In this document: positions 24,558 to 37,783 of the stretch, one piece after another | How positions within the stretch are numbered: the first letter of the stretch is position 1 | Layout: each line of letters opens with the position of its first letter | NCBI RefSeq assembly: GCF_009914755.1 | Contig: NC_060925.1 | Source: the human T2T-CHM13v2.0 reference genome, Homo sapiens | Direction: 5' to 3' (one strand) | DNA length: 64,000 nt | Translations under genes and position numbers: made by a program | The notes under the pieces: generated by a model | Seen by the model: the letters and a program-made list of their open reading frames with translations, nothing else | Database searches by the model: none | Told to the model about the DNA's origin: nothing

Positions 24558-24875
24558 TATGGTAGGCAGAATTCCAAGATTGCCTCCAAGTTTCTCAGGA
24601 TTGTCATTCCTTGGTTTATAGGACTTACAACCATATATCTTTGAGTGTAGGCTTAACATGTGCATATTTGGGTAGTCACATGCTTGCTTAGGTCATATTA
24701 CACAGCAAACTGTGATGGGATATTGACTCCCATAGTTACACAGCCCTGGCCAATAACTTGATTTCAACCTGATGAGACCCTGAGCAGAGAACCAAATTGA
24801 GCCGTGCCCAGCATTCTGGCCCACCTCTCAGTTTGCATTAATTTGTTACACAACAATAGAGAGAAAACTAATACA
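24558..24875 (+). mobile_element. MLT1-family solo LTR, internally deleted
   Basis: Begins tatggtaggcagaattccaagat, contains tgagaccctgagcagagaacc, ends aatttgttaca...aaaactaataca. Confidence 0.75.
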
Positions 24876-26707
24876 TTTTTTAAACCTCAAAACCTCTGCA
24901 TCTCTTACTGCATGTATATAGTCATCATCTGATTTTAATTCAGGTATTAAACAACTCATATATCATGCACGTATAAGAAGTACTGAGAATACACAAACTG
25001 ATAAATTAAACATAATCGACAACTCCTTTTTAAAATGTTACACCCCAAATTGATCAAATATATCAAATAATTTCAGACTAATGCAAAGTTCAATGGGACC
25101 ATTGATCTGACTACACACTTTGAGATAGATAAAGGTAGCAATAGATTTTTTTGGTTATTTATTCAATGTTAGGTCATTTATTCCCATAGAGAAAATTCTT
25201 TTTGCAATGACATTTTTAGAGAGATTTGTTTCATTTTTCACAGTTACTGTGAAGCAGTACAAAGATATTAAAAAAGCACCCTAAGCCTCTCTAAGGAAGC
25301 ATACTTTGCAAATGCAAAAGAGGATTGCTATTAACAAAGCCACTTTAATGATCATACTTACAAAATCACTCCTCTCCGAATATACTGCCATGGTGTCCTA
25401 TTTATTTAAAAACTGACAACTTTTAGTTACTTTACCTAAAGTATCTAAATACTTTATCTAAATACTTTTAGTTATTTAGATCAAATAGCTTCCTCCATCT
25501 TTTGAAACATGCTAGGCAATGATTTGTGCTTAAAAATGGATAACAATGACATTTTGTAAGCATCATTTTAACCTTAATTTCAACAGATGTCACACTTAGA
25601 GTTAATTATAGTTTTATGCTTTCAAGTAGTATGTACAGTACATTAAAATACAAACTTTAATATTAAAATTTAGAATTCCCCTGACAGGTGACAGACTGTA
25701 GTATTGTTTAACCTAATTATTATTATTGCTTTACCACTAATTCCAATAGGCCTCCAAAAGATAAGATGTTTATATTGAAATTCTTATTTCTAATTGCACT
25801 CTGCCATACTTCAAGACTGAAAGAAACAAAACTCTTGAGTTATGTGGCAATTCAGAATGGAAAACATGCAAACAAGAAGTCACATACCTTTTCAAAAAGT
25901 TTAGTGAAACCTTACTATGACTTGATTTTAAAAAGAACATTGTTTTTCATATAAAACATATAAAGAGCCATCTGTCTTTAGCTTGCAGCGGAATAGTAAA
26001 ATGTCAATGAGGAGCTACTGTTGGTGTTCTGGAGTGATTTTAAACCAGAAAGCATTTGACATTTCCAGAAACATCTACTGCCACTGTGATTTGCAGATTG
26101 ATGCAGAGTAAAAACTGTTTTATAAGCAGTTTGTGTGACACTAAATACTTAAACTTCTGAACAACTATTTAATACATATTAAAATTATTAACACTTTAAA
26201 TAATTTTATGACCTCTGAGAACAAATATAAACAAACATTAATTTAGAAAGAAAATATCTTTCATGTAATGGCCAATGTTTTCTCTAGTTTTTCTTTTTAA
26301 CATTTTCCTGCTTTGTGAAAAACATTTTCTCCCACATTCTAGGAGACACATTCTAGGAGGATGAGTACAGAGAGATCAAAAGGTGGTGGAAGGGCAAATT
26401 AATTCTGTCAAGGTTAGCTCTCCAAAATCCAGGACACTGTCAAGAAGAATTACATTAAATAAAGTGCTAATGAAGTTATAATTAATATTGTAGTGATATC
26501 CAAGCTACTATTACTTTAGCTGTTTATTCACCTTTCCATGAAATCCATGTGTTCCGTAAGGATATGAACCCAGACAGTTTTGGCAAAATAAGAAAAAAAT
26601 ACTGGCTTTGTAGTCACTAATACCCATGTTTTATCCTAGCCCTTAACTTCCTGTCTGTGGTAATTTTATTAACCAAAAATTAATAGTGACTTTAAAAATT
26701 TACAGCA

Positions 26708-27298
26708 TCAAAATGTTAAATACAGAGTTACCATATGACACAGCAACTCAATTCCTAGGGATATACTTAAGAAAAATGAAAATATATGCCTACACAGACT
26801 TGTACATGAATGTTCACAATGACATCATTCATAATAGTCAACAAGTGAAAACAACCCAAATGCTCATCAACTTATAAATGGACAAACAAAAGGTGGCATA
26901 TCCATAAAATAGAATATTATCCCATGATTAAAAATGAAATACTAATTTATTCTACAATATAGATGAAACTTGAAAATGTTATACAAAGTGAAAGAAGCCA
27001 GTCACAGAAGACCACATATTATATAATTCCATTTATACAAAATGTCCAGAATAGGCGCATTTATAGAGACAGCAAGTTCTTTAGTGGCTGCCTAGGGGTG
27101 GGGGTGGGGGTGACTTCTAATGGGTACAAGGGTGGGTGTGTGGTGTTGGGATAATAACAACTTTCTAAAATTGGTTATAATAATGATTGCATGACTTTGT
27201 GAATTTACTAAACATCACGATTTAAAATTGTACATTTTAGATAGGTGCATTGTATGATATGTGAATTATATCTAAATAAAGCTGTTATTTTTTTAAAT
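26708..27298 (+). mobile_element. L1MB-type 3' end
   Basis: gagttaccatatgacacagcaa...aagtgaaagaagccagtcaca...gtgaattatatctaaataaagctgtt. Confidence 0.88.
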
Positions 27299-27817
27299 GA
27301 AATGAAATAAAAGTACAGCAGAAAAGTTCAAAAAAAAATTTACAGCATCACTTTTCTCAAATAATAAGCAGACCAAGGTTGCTTTGGTAGCATCATATGA
27401 CATCGGTGGCCTGGATGTCTTTAATGTTTTTGCTTTATTTTTTTCCTGTGTGCCTTTTGTTCTCATGATTGAAATACGTTTCATCAACTATAGGCATGAT
27501 GTCTGCTTTCCCAACAGAGAGGAGAGTTGATGAAAAAGTGCAAAAGGTGGCACCACCCTCTTTTCTGTACAGACTCCTCCCAAAGGACTTCTGCTTGACC
27601 ACGCTGGCCAAAACTGTGTTATATGGCCACAGGTTGCTTCAGAGGATACTAAGACTTCAAATTTATAATTTTAAAATAGATGACAATTAAATGATATAAT
27701 ATATATAAAAAGCTTACCATAGTGCCTAAAACTCATACTGACAAAAAGTAAATGTCTGTCACCTGAGTGAGTACACAGAATATATTTACATAGAAATAAA
27801 AGCATTTGCTGAAATAC

Positions 27818-27863
27818 TGTTGTTGTTGTTGTTCTTGCTGTTGTTGTTGCTGTTGTTGTTGTT
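27818..27863. repeat. (TTG)n imperfect trinucleotide repeat
   Basis: tgttgttgttgttgttcttgctgttgttgttgctgttgttgttgtt. Confidence 0.9.
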
Positions 27864-29129
27864 TTATTGGTGAAGGTGGGGAATCAGAATCAGGTTATGT
27901 GGTTTGAATTTTAGCAGCTCATTTGTGCTCAATGTTTAGAACTAAGAAGATTTCCCCAATCATATATTTCATTGAGTAGCCTATTTAAAACAAAATACAC
28001 ATGCTTCTATTTAACATTAATATAATTGAATAATATCAAGAGAATTATGAATATGTTGTATTGAGCTATTGGTAACTGAGTTAAAATGACCCACACTCAG
28101 ATGGGGAGGGTGGTGGCTTGAGATGTACATATTGAGATTTTATACATACGTTTGCAAATAATATCTCATTTACACAATAATTATATATGGTATATACATA
28201 TGTTTTTATGTGTATTTAACTTTAAATAGACAGTATTTATTTAAAACATGGGTTTTTTAATTCAAAACATGGTTTCTATTTATCTCAGTTTATCTTTTTG
28301 TTTTGCTTTGAAAGTCATGAGTCAGGATGAAATAATAGGTTTATACCTAGACTAGGTGGATTCTAACAAATCAGTTAAGAGTAGATTGAACAGACCAGGT
28401 AAGAAGAATCCACTAGGGAATAATGACTCAAGCTTTTATTGCTATATAAATTAACACATTTAATGAACATAGTGTGAATTTTTTTTGTAATAATGGTGGC
28501 TGTTACAATTGCCTATCTAGCTTATTGTTCCTACCCCAGAGTTTAGCTATGACTAATAGGTGGAATGGCAACCTCAGATCAGTGAATTATCAACTCTGCA
28601 GCAAGCCACTCTTGTGGTAGATCTGACATGGAATTTGGAACATCACTTCTCTCAAATCGTTTCTCTGCTTTGGACTCTAGTTATTTAATGACGAGTACAT
28701 CTTAGAGCCAATGAGTGCCCGTATTTGAATTCCCTTCCTGGAACACACAGGATTGTATGTTGGTTATAAGCATAAAAACTAGAGTCTAATGAAATGACTT
28801 TAAATCTCAGTTTGAAAACTTAACTGTTGTTTTAAATTTAGGATTTGCTCAAGTTGCTAATTGTTTTTCACTCATCGGTTTTCCCTATAAAATGAAAATT
28901 ATTTCTACCACACGTAATTGTTTGGGCAATTAAATAAGAACACATTTCTCCAATTAATATATATTTGATATCTGCCTTGTTGAAGACTCAAAGTACTTAG
29001 TAAAAGAAAGCTTTTTAATTTTATCATAATCATTTTTAATTGTCTTAACTACCTCTCATCTCTTGTTTTTTGTCTTTGCCATGTACTGGTTGAACTCCCC
29101 TATTCTCCTAGCCTTTATATCAGTCCTAT

Positions 29130-31772
29130 TGTATTAATCCATTCTCACGCTACTATGAAGAAATACCAAAGACTGGAAAATTTATAAAGGAAAAAGTTTT
29201 AATTGACTCACAGTTTCACATGGCTGGGAGGCCTCAGGAAACTTCCAATCATGGCAGAAGGGGAAGTGAACACAAACTTCTTCACAAGGCAGGAGGAGAA
29301 AAAAGTGCTGAAAAAAGAGGGTAAAGCCCCTTATGCAGCCATCAGATCTCAGGAGAACTTGCTCACTATCACTAGAACAGCAAGGGGGTAACCACATTCA
29401 TGATTCAATTACCTCTCAATAGGTCCCTCACATGACATGTATGGATTATGGGAACTACAATTCAAGATGAGATTTGGGTGGGGACATAGCCAAACCATAT
29501 CATTCTGCCCCTGGCCCCTCCCAAATCTCATGTCTTCACATTTCAAAACACAATCATGCCTTTCCAACAGTCCCCCAAAGTCTTAGCTCATTCCAGCATT
29601 AACCCGAAAGTCTAAGTCCAAAGTCTCACCTGAGACAAGGCAAGTCTCTTCCACCTCTGAGCCTGTAAAATCAAAATCAAGTTAGTTACTTCCTAGATAC
29701 AATGGGGGTACAGGCATTGGGTAAATAGGTCTGTTCCAAATTGAAGAAATTGGCCAAAACAAAGGGGCGGGCCATGCTAGTCTGAAATCCAACAGAACAG
29801 TCAGTAAAACTTAAAGTTCCAAAACGATCTCCTTTGACTACATGTCTCACATCCAGGTCACACTGATGCAAAATGTGGGCTCCCACAGCCTTGGGCAGCT
29901 CTGCCTCTGTGGTTTTGCAGAATATAGCCCCCCTTCTGGTTGTTTTCAAAGTCTGGCATTGAATGTCTGTGGTGGTTCCAGACACACAGTGCAAGCTGTT
30001 GGTGGATCTACAATTCTGTGGTCTGAAGGATGGTGGCATTCTTCTCACAGCTCCTCTAGGCAGTGGTCCAGTGGGGACTTTGTGTGGGGGCTCTGCTAGG
30101 GCACTTCCCTTCTACACTGCCTTAGCAGAGTTTCTCCATGCGGGCTCCGCCCATGCAGCAAACTTCTGCCTGGACATCCAAGCGTTTTCATACATCTTCG
30201 GAAATCCAGACAGAGGTTTCTAAACCTCAATTCTTGACTCCTATGAACCCGCAGCCTCAACACTATGTGCAAGCCACCAAGGCTTGGGGCTTGCATCCTC
30301 TGAAGCAAGGGACTGAGCTGTACATTGGCCCCTTTTAGCCACAGCTGGACCTGAAGCAGCTGGTAGGCAGAGTACCATGTCCTGAGGCTGCAGAGAAGAG
30401 GGGTGTCCTGGGCCCAGCCCAGGAAACCATTTTTCCCTCCTAGGCCTCTGGGCTTGTGATGGGAGGTGCTCCCATGAAGGTCTCTGACATGCCCTGGATA
30501 TATTTTCTTGGCTCCTCATTATTTATGCAAATTTCTGCAGCTGGCTTGAATTTCTCCCCAGAAAATGGGGTTTTCCTTTCTATCACATCCATCAGGCTAA
30601 AATTTTCCAAACTTTTATGCTCTGCTTCCTCTTGAATGATTTGTTGCTTAGACATTTCTTCCACCAGGTATCCTAAATCATCTCTCTCAAGTTCAAAGTT
30701 CCACAGATCTCTAGGATGGGGCAAAATGCCACCAGTCTCTTTGCATAGCAAATGTCACTTTTACTTCAGTTCCCAACAAGTTCCTCATCTCCATCTGAGA
30801 CCACCTCAGCCTGAACTTCATTGTCCATATCACTATCAGCATTTTGGTCAAAGCCATTCAGCAAGTCTCTAGGGGGTTTCAAACTTACCCACATCTTCTT
30901 GTCTTCTGAGCCCTCCAAGTCTCTAGATTGTTCCAAACATTCCCACATTTTCCTGTCTTCTGAGCCCTCCAAACTAGTCCAGCCTCTGCTTGTTACCCAG
31001 TTACAAAGTCACTTCCACATTTTCAGTATCTTTACAGTAGTGTCCCACTCTGCCGTACCTATTTACTGTGTTAGTACATTCTCTTGCAGCTATGAAGAAA
31101 TACATGAGACTGGGTAACTTATAAAGGAAAGAGTTTTAATTGACACACAGTTACACATGGCTGGGATGGTCTCAGGAAACTTACAATCATGGCAGAAGGA
31201 GAAGCAAACACATCCTTCTTCCCAAAGCAGCAGGAGAGAAAAGTGCTGATCAAAGGGGGAAAAGCCCCTTATAAAACCATCAGATCTTGGCCAGGCATGG
31301 TGGCTCATGCCTGTCATCTCAGCACTTTGGGAGGCCAAGGTGGGTGGAATACTTGAGGTCAGGGGTTCAGGATCAGTCTGGCCAACATGGTGAAACAACA
31401 TGTCTAATAAAATACAAAAATTAGCTGGGCATGGTGGCAGGCACCTGTAGTCCCAGCTACTTGGGAGTCTGAGGAAGGTGAATCTCTTGAATGTGGGGGT
31501 GGAGGTTGCAGTGAGCAGAGATTTTGTCACTGCATTTCAGCTTGGGTGACTGAGTGAGTGAGACTCCATCTCAAAAAAAAACAAACAAAAACAAACAAAA
31601 AAACAACCATCAGATCTTGTGAGAGCTCACTCACTATCATGAGAACAGCATGGGGGGCTAACTGCTCCCATGATTCAATTACCTCCCTCCGGGCCCCTCC
31701 CTTGACACATAAGGATTATGGGAACTATAGTTCAAGTTGAGATTCTGATGGGGATGCAGCCAAACCATATCA
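29130..31772 (-). mobile_element. Two-LTR THE1 (C/D-type) MaLR provirus
   Basis: LTR 29130-29502, internal region 29503-31066 (typical MaLR-int remnant peptides such as LLNGFDQNADSDMDNEVQAEVVSDGDEEL on -), and LTR 31067-31772 interrupted by an Alu. Both LTRs end ccaaaccatatca. Confidence 0.93.
31289..31604 (+). mobile_element. AluS (Sx/Sz-like) inserted in the THE1 LTR
   Basis: Full dimer with an (A)n/CAAA tail; TSD AACCATCAGATCTT(G) at 31275-31289 and 31605-31619. Confidence 0.95.
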
Positions 31773-32060
31773 ACCGCTTTTTTGTTAAACAATCCCTGTT
31801 GCTGAGTTAAGCATCTTTTACTGCTCTGCACATACTCAATACTTTCCATTGTCCAAATTTTTGCTTAAACCATTCTTTGAAGATTCCCAACTCTTCTTTT
31901 GTAGAAATATTAGCCATTCCTCAAAATACAGTACAGGTATCTTCCCAATTCCACATTTCAACTATAGGCAATTAGAAATGCTCCAAATTCTAAAAACACA
32001 TTGACCACATTGTGATGCAATCATCCTCTACACATATTTATAGTTATTTACCTTACATAC

Positions 32061-32419
32061 CGTATGAATCTGTTCTCCAATTGCTACACAGAACTACCTG
32101 AGACTTGGTAATTTTTTTTTAAGAGGTTTAATTGGCTCATGGTTCCATAGGCTCTGTAGGAAGCATGGCTCAGGGAGGCCTCAGGAAATGTACAATCATG
32201 GCAGAAGGCAAAGAGGAAGCGAGCATGTCTTTACATGTGGGGGACATGCTACACATTTTAAAACAACCAGATATCATGAGAACTCACTCATTATCATGAG
32301 TAGAGCAAAGGGGGAAATCTGCCCCCATGATCCAATCACCTCCCACCAGTTTCCTCCCTGAACTTGGGAATTACAATTTGAAACGAGATTTGGGTGGGGA
32401 CACAGAGTCAAACATATCA
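32061..32419 (-). mobile_element. MSTA-type MaLR solo LTR
   Basis: aagaggtttaattggctcatggttcc...gagatttgggtggggacacagagtcaaacatatca; perfect TSD CATAC at 32056-32060 and 32420-32424. Confidence 0.9.
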
Positions 32420-34798
32420 CATACTATCACTCTCCAAGGATGGAAGGCTCACTGAAAACTTTAACGTGATTTATATGAGACCATATGTTGGATACAAGGG
32501 GTCTCATATATATTCAGAAATTGGAAAAAAATCAATGAATGAATAAATATCAGTTGAAAAGAAGAAATTGATTTTAAGACTTTATACTAAAAACAGTTTT
32601 AAATATTCACCTCTGTTAACTCCCATAAAATGATAGTAATTGAAATGAGATCAGAAGTCAGATCCAAACGTTAAATTCAGGTTTTCTAATTACAATGCTT
32701 TCCACTTATTTTCTTACAAAATCAACAAATGAGATGTACAAAATTTGAGATAGTTAAAGCTACAGTTATATTATTGGTGAAAAATCTTATAGAGTTTGCA
32801 ATTCAAATGGTTAATTTTATTTAAACCATTTTTATTTTTACATACAATTAAAACTAAAGAAAAAATAACCAGAACTTAAAAAAGAAAGGAAAAAAGCAAA
32901 TATAATTTTACATGCATTGTCGTATATCAGACTCAACATATTTTGTTTCTGAAACTTTTATAATGTGGAGGTGTCTCATATTCTCATTTGTATTCTGCCC
33001 AAACAGCTGTCATTCACCACCTGCTATACAAAGCCCACTCATACTTTTAAAAGCCTCTAGAATTATATTAAAAAAGATTCTTCCAAATCAGTTAACTGTA
33101 CTTTAAATGTCACCCACACCTCTGCATGGCAGTCAAAAAAAAGTAACAAAGTGAGAAGGTAAATAACACTAAGCTTTATATTTACTCCCATCCAAATCCA
33201 CAAAATCTTTCATAAGCTAGCATAATATACTTTGAATTATGCTGAAGGGTTAGAGAGTGAAATAAGCACAGAGGAAAATGTGTGCATGAAGACACCTATA
33301 TTTTTAAAGCCATGTCTACCTAGAAGCCAAGTTGTTAATCCACAGATGACACTAGGAAGACCAAAATGTTAAGACTGATGACACATCTGAGGAAGACACG
33401 CTGCTAACATCAATTTTTCAGTGCTTGTACTCCTGAAGCTAAGTTTATACTTAAAATCCTAGAAGCAACTGGACACTTCTGCAACATCAGCTGCTCAGGA
33501 AAAATTCAGACAGCTTCCACCAACATCTCACAGTTGTGGTAGGCATGGGTTGCGCAGGACCTGGGTTCAGTTTCACTACTCTATCCCAAGGAATAGTATA
33601 TGTTTTTATGAACGTAAAGGGACTTCGTTCTCTTTCATAATTGTGAAAATGGTTCCTCTTAAAAGGATTTCATACGTTTAGTAGAAAAAGAAGGGCAAAA
33701 GATGGTCAGGTCAAGAAGTGTGGAAGACACAGAGGCAGTTTATTTTAACAAATGAAAAGAAAAAAGCCTACGCTAATTTGAAATCTTAATAAGGATCAAC
33801 TTTATATCCCAATTCTCTAGGAAAACAATTGGCAGCAGTGGAAGTTCAAGGTGGCTCAGCACACAATAGTTGCCCTGACTTGGCTTTATTACAGACAGAA
33901 TCAATAATATTCTGTCAATGCCCCTGTACAGATGGCATCTCACTCTCAGTTTAGAGAGCTAATAAAAATCTATATGCTTTCACACCACAGGAGAACTGCA
34001 GCACCCTATAAATAATGAGGATAATTTAAGACGAGGATTTTTCCTAGAATTTCAATTTCCAAAAATTCATATATAACTGTCCCTCAGTTTCTAAAGTTTT
34101 ACTTGTACAAACATTGACTCATTCTTCCATAGAATTTTTCTATGGTTGCCAAAGGTACTGGAAGCCCATTAAAAGAGTTAAGTTCTGCCGAAGGGAAAAA
34201 TAATAACCACGAACAGAGTAAATTCGTAAGAGTAATTTCTTATTTCGTAGCAAATAATCTAACTACTTTTTACAATGTCAGAGGAAACAACACACAGTTC
34301 TCTTTCATTTCAAATATGCTAATAGGCACAAACTGCTGAAAAAAATAAAGATTTAATACTCTTTCAAAGGAGAAAGATTTAATCTAAGAGCAAGTTATTT
34401 TAGCCATAAAAATATAAGAATGAATTAACCAGGAAGAAATAAAACATAGGCACTGTGCACTTATGACGTTGTTGCCACTACTAAAATTCACTAAGCATTC
34501 TCAATGTACTGGGTCGCATATATAACAAAGGTTGGAACCATATCTACCTTCACAATTTAGGAGGTAGATTTAGGAGGTAGATGTTTTGTTTCCGACTTCT
34601 TTCACCAATGGCTATTTTGTATCATTCTCTGTTCTTTCTGCTTACGAGGGGCATTCAGATGCAATTCTGTTTCTGCCACAAAAGTTTCAATGTTCCAAAC
34701 CCAAGGTAAAAATGGAAAACCACTGTAAATTAAACCTACCAAGAGAATAACAAGGATGAAGAACTGCAGAACAGAGGATTACTAAGAAAACTTGATGA

Positions 34799-35072
<274 letters not shown>

Positions 35073-35442
35073 AGGGGTTACTACTTTTAGGTTTTAGATA
35101 GTCATTATGGAGATAAGGCTTTGAAACAACAATAGAAAAGTAAAGACACAAGTTATTATTGGACAGATGTAGATCATTGTCGACTGCCTTTTTTATTTTA
35201 GATTCCACAATATTTGCTTTTTGAATCTGTCTTTACCATGGTAGTTACAACTACTCCCTTGAAAGACGAACATGGAAATTTTCTACAAGATGCTTGTATA
35301 ATATTTAAAAATTTGTCTTGAATAGTCCCTGGATATTATAATGCAGACATCAATATACTCATTGGTTGAATACTAGAGTTATATAAAACTTTTTCAAGAC
35401 TTTTTCTAGGCAGCTGCTCTCTTGTAATATTTTATATGGTCA

Positions 35443-35628
35443 TGAGAGCAAGCTCAAGTCTCCTTCCCTTCTCATAAGGATACTCATTCCATCCTGGGGG
35501 CTGTACTCTCATGATCTCACCTAAACTTAATTACCTCTCAAAGGTCCCACCTCCTAATACTTATCCCATTAGAAGGTAGGGTTTCACCATATGAATTTTA
35601 GAGAAACACAAACTTGGAGTTCATAACA
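35443..35628 (-). mobile_element. MLT1A-like LTR fragment
   Basis: ctcatgatctcacctaaacttaattacctctcaaaggtcccacctcctaatac...tatgaatttt...cataaca. Confidence 0.75.
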
Positions 35629-35724
35629 ATTATGTGTCGTAATCCCCTGAAATCCATGAAACTTTAAGTGGCCAGGTAAAATCTCTAGATTCTGATATCC
35701 TCTGGTGGGGATATTCACAAATAT

Positions 35725-36067
35725 TTTTTATTTTATTTTATTTATTTTTATTTTTATGCTATTTTATTTTATTTTATTTTATTTTATTTTATTTTATTTT
35801 ATTTTATTTTGAGATGGAGTCTCGCTCTGTTACCCAGGCTGGAGTGCAGTTGCACTATCTCTGCTCACTGCAAGCTCCGCCTCCCGGGTTCACGCCATTT
35901 TCCTGCCTTAGCCGCCCGCCACCACGCCCGCCTAATTGTTTGTATTTTCAGTGGAGACGGGGTTTCGCCGTGTTGGCCAACATGGTCTTGATCTCCTGAC
36001 CTTGTGATCAGCCCGCCTCAGCCTCCCAAAGTGCTGGGATTACAGGTGTGGGCCACTGCGCCCAGCT
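35725..36067 (-). mobile_element. AluY with (TTTTA)n tail and ~24-bp internal deletion
   Basis: Body 35810-36067 with gcaagctccgcctcccgggttcacgccatt; the tcccgagtagctgggactacagg segment is missing; pentanucleotide tail 35725-35810. Confidence 0.95.
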
Positions 36068-37783
36068 CATAAATACGTTTAAAATTGTACATACTATTTT
36101 TTTCCCAGTTGTTGAGAAACTACTTACATTTTCTTTAAAGTTCTGACCTCATCATAAGAGCTACGCACACTAATCACTCTATTATGTAAGTTTAATTATT
36201 ACTTATATTTCATCCTCAATTATTTCTTTTTAGCTGGAGGAATTTATAGTTAGAAGTATACAACAGCATATGCTCCTTTTCACATGTTAAAATAATTATT
36301 CTTTTGAGAACATTTTGTTAATTTCATTTATAGAGCTCTAAATTCCATCCAAGTAAAAATGTGATAAATGAAAACTCAAATAAAAAAATAAGTAATTAGA
36401 TGTTTTTACATTGTAGAAATAGACTTTAAAATAAAATTGCAATTACATAACATTACTGGCCTTCCCATTTGGTAGGATATATGTGACAAAAAACTTAAGT
36501 GTCATAAAGAGGTGAATGGATTATGATCTATAGAAATACTGGAGTATGTGCCTGGTCCTCAAGGAAGTAAAGCTAAAAGAAGAAAAATGTTCACAGTGTC
36601 AAGTGCTCCAAATACAATGAGCAGGACTTAACACATAAGAATAAAGTCAGGGTGTGTTTTGAAAATGTGAACAGCAGTGTTATGGCATAAAACACATGTT
36701 ATGAAAAAGGCTTAACTGCTTGTAGGATCTTTACAATTGGTACACAAAACTCCCCAAACAACCTGGGCTAAATAAATTTATTTTCTTTGATTTAGACATT
36801 TTAATACATTTCTTTTTATTATGGAATATTTGTTTCTAATCTAATTTGTGGTTATATAAATCATCACTTGTAGTGTAATTTTTTTCAGAAAAAAAAAATC
36901 TTAAATATAGCTATTAGCTTCTCCCTGGTGGAAGGTTATATGTCAGTTTTCTGTCTGATTTTACTCTCCACTTTCAATTTAAAAACAAGCAGTGATCATA
37001 TATATAGATGCAAAGGGAAATTTATCAGAAGCAGACTGTCATTCCTGAATATGATGTAGGAGAGAGAAATACTACAGCCAAGGAGGATATTATTTAATTT
37101 CAATTGTTTTGACATTTTATATTGCAGCAAGAAAATGGAAAATGAAAACTTACACATTTTTTTCTTATGCTCAAGACAAAAATTATATTTATCATCTGCA
37201 TGTTGTTATTGTTACTAGAAGAAAATATCAAAAATATTAAAAATACACAATAAACTGTAAGGTTATTGTGTGATTAGATAAAGCATATGATATTATGATA
37301 TTAAAAGTGTGAAATATCTTTATTCAATGCACTGGGTAATATCCATGGTTCTATTCTGATAAATAACGTTTAAATAAAGTTCTTGAAGTGTGATCTCTAA
37401 GTTTTGGGGTATATTTGGCAAATTGAATAAATATTTTATATGTCATATTATAAGCTTACCATCCTGAAAATAGAATTTAACAATTGAAGAATAATGAAAA
37501 GGTCAACTTAAAAATACTTTACCTATTTTTCTTCCCTCTCTTTTAGTTCTCAGCACTTCTTTCTCCATGTATCATTTCATTGTTGGTCACTTGACATATA
37601 GCAGAGGAATGAGAAAGCAGTGAATATCCAGTAACTTGGCTAAAATGTATAAATCTTATTTCTGGTTTCTTGGCAGATATATAAAGATCTTGGAAATTAT
37701 TCTCTTCCATACCCACAACAAGAAAAATCTAAATGAACTGAAGATCAACAATCCTTTTTAGATCCATCAGAAAAATTGATGTT

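Noticed and set aside
27095-27136. G-quadruplex-like runs
   Set aside because: The ordinary G-rich tract of an L1MB 3'UTR.
29215-29235. PRDM9 hotspot 13-mer position in the THE1 LTRs
   Set aside because: Neither LTR matches CCNCCNTNNCCNC at the homologous site.
30865-30972. ~52-bp tandem duplication in THE1-int (EGSEDRKMW twice)
   Set aside because: I recall this duplication from other THE1C/D internal copies, so it is probably a subfamily feature; unverified.
29686-31530. Cluster of 60-146 aa ORFs
   Set aside because: THE1 internal and Alu-derived frames, fragmented.
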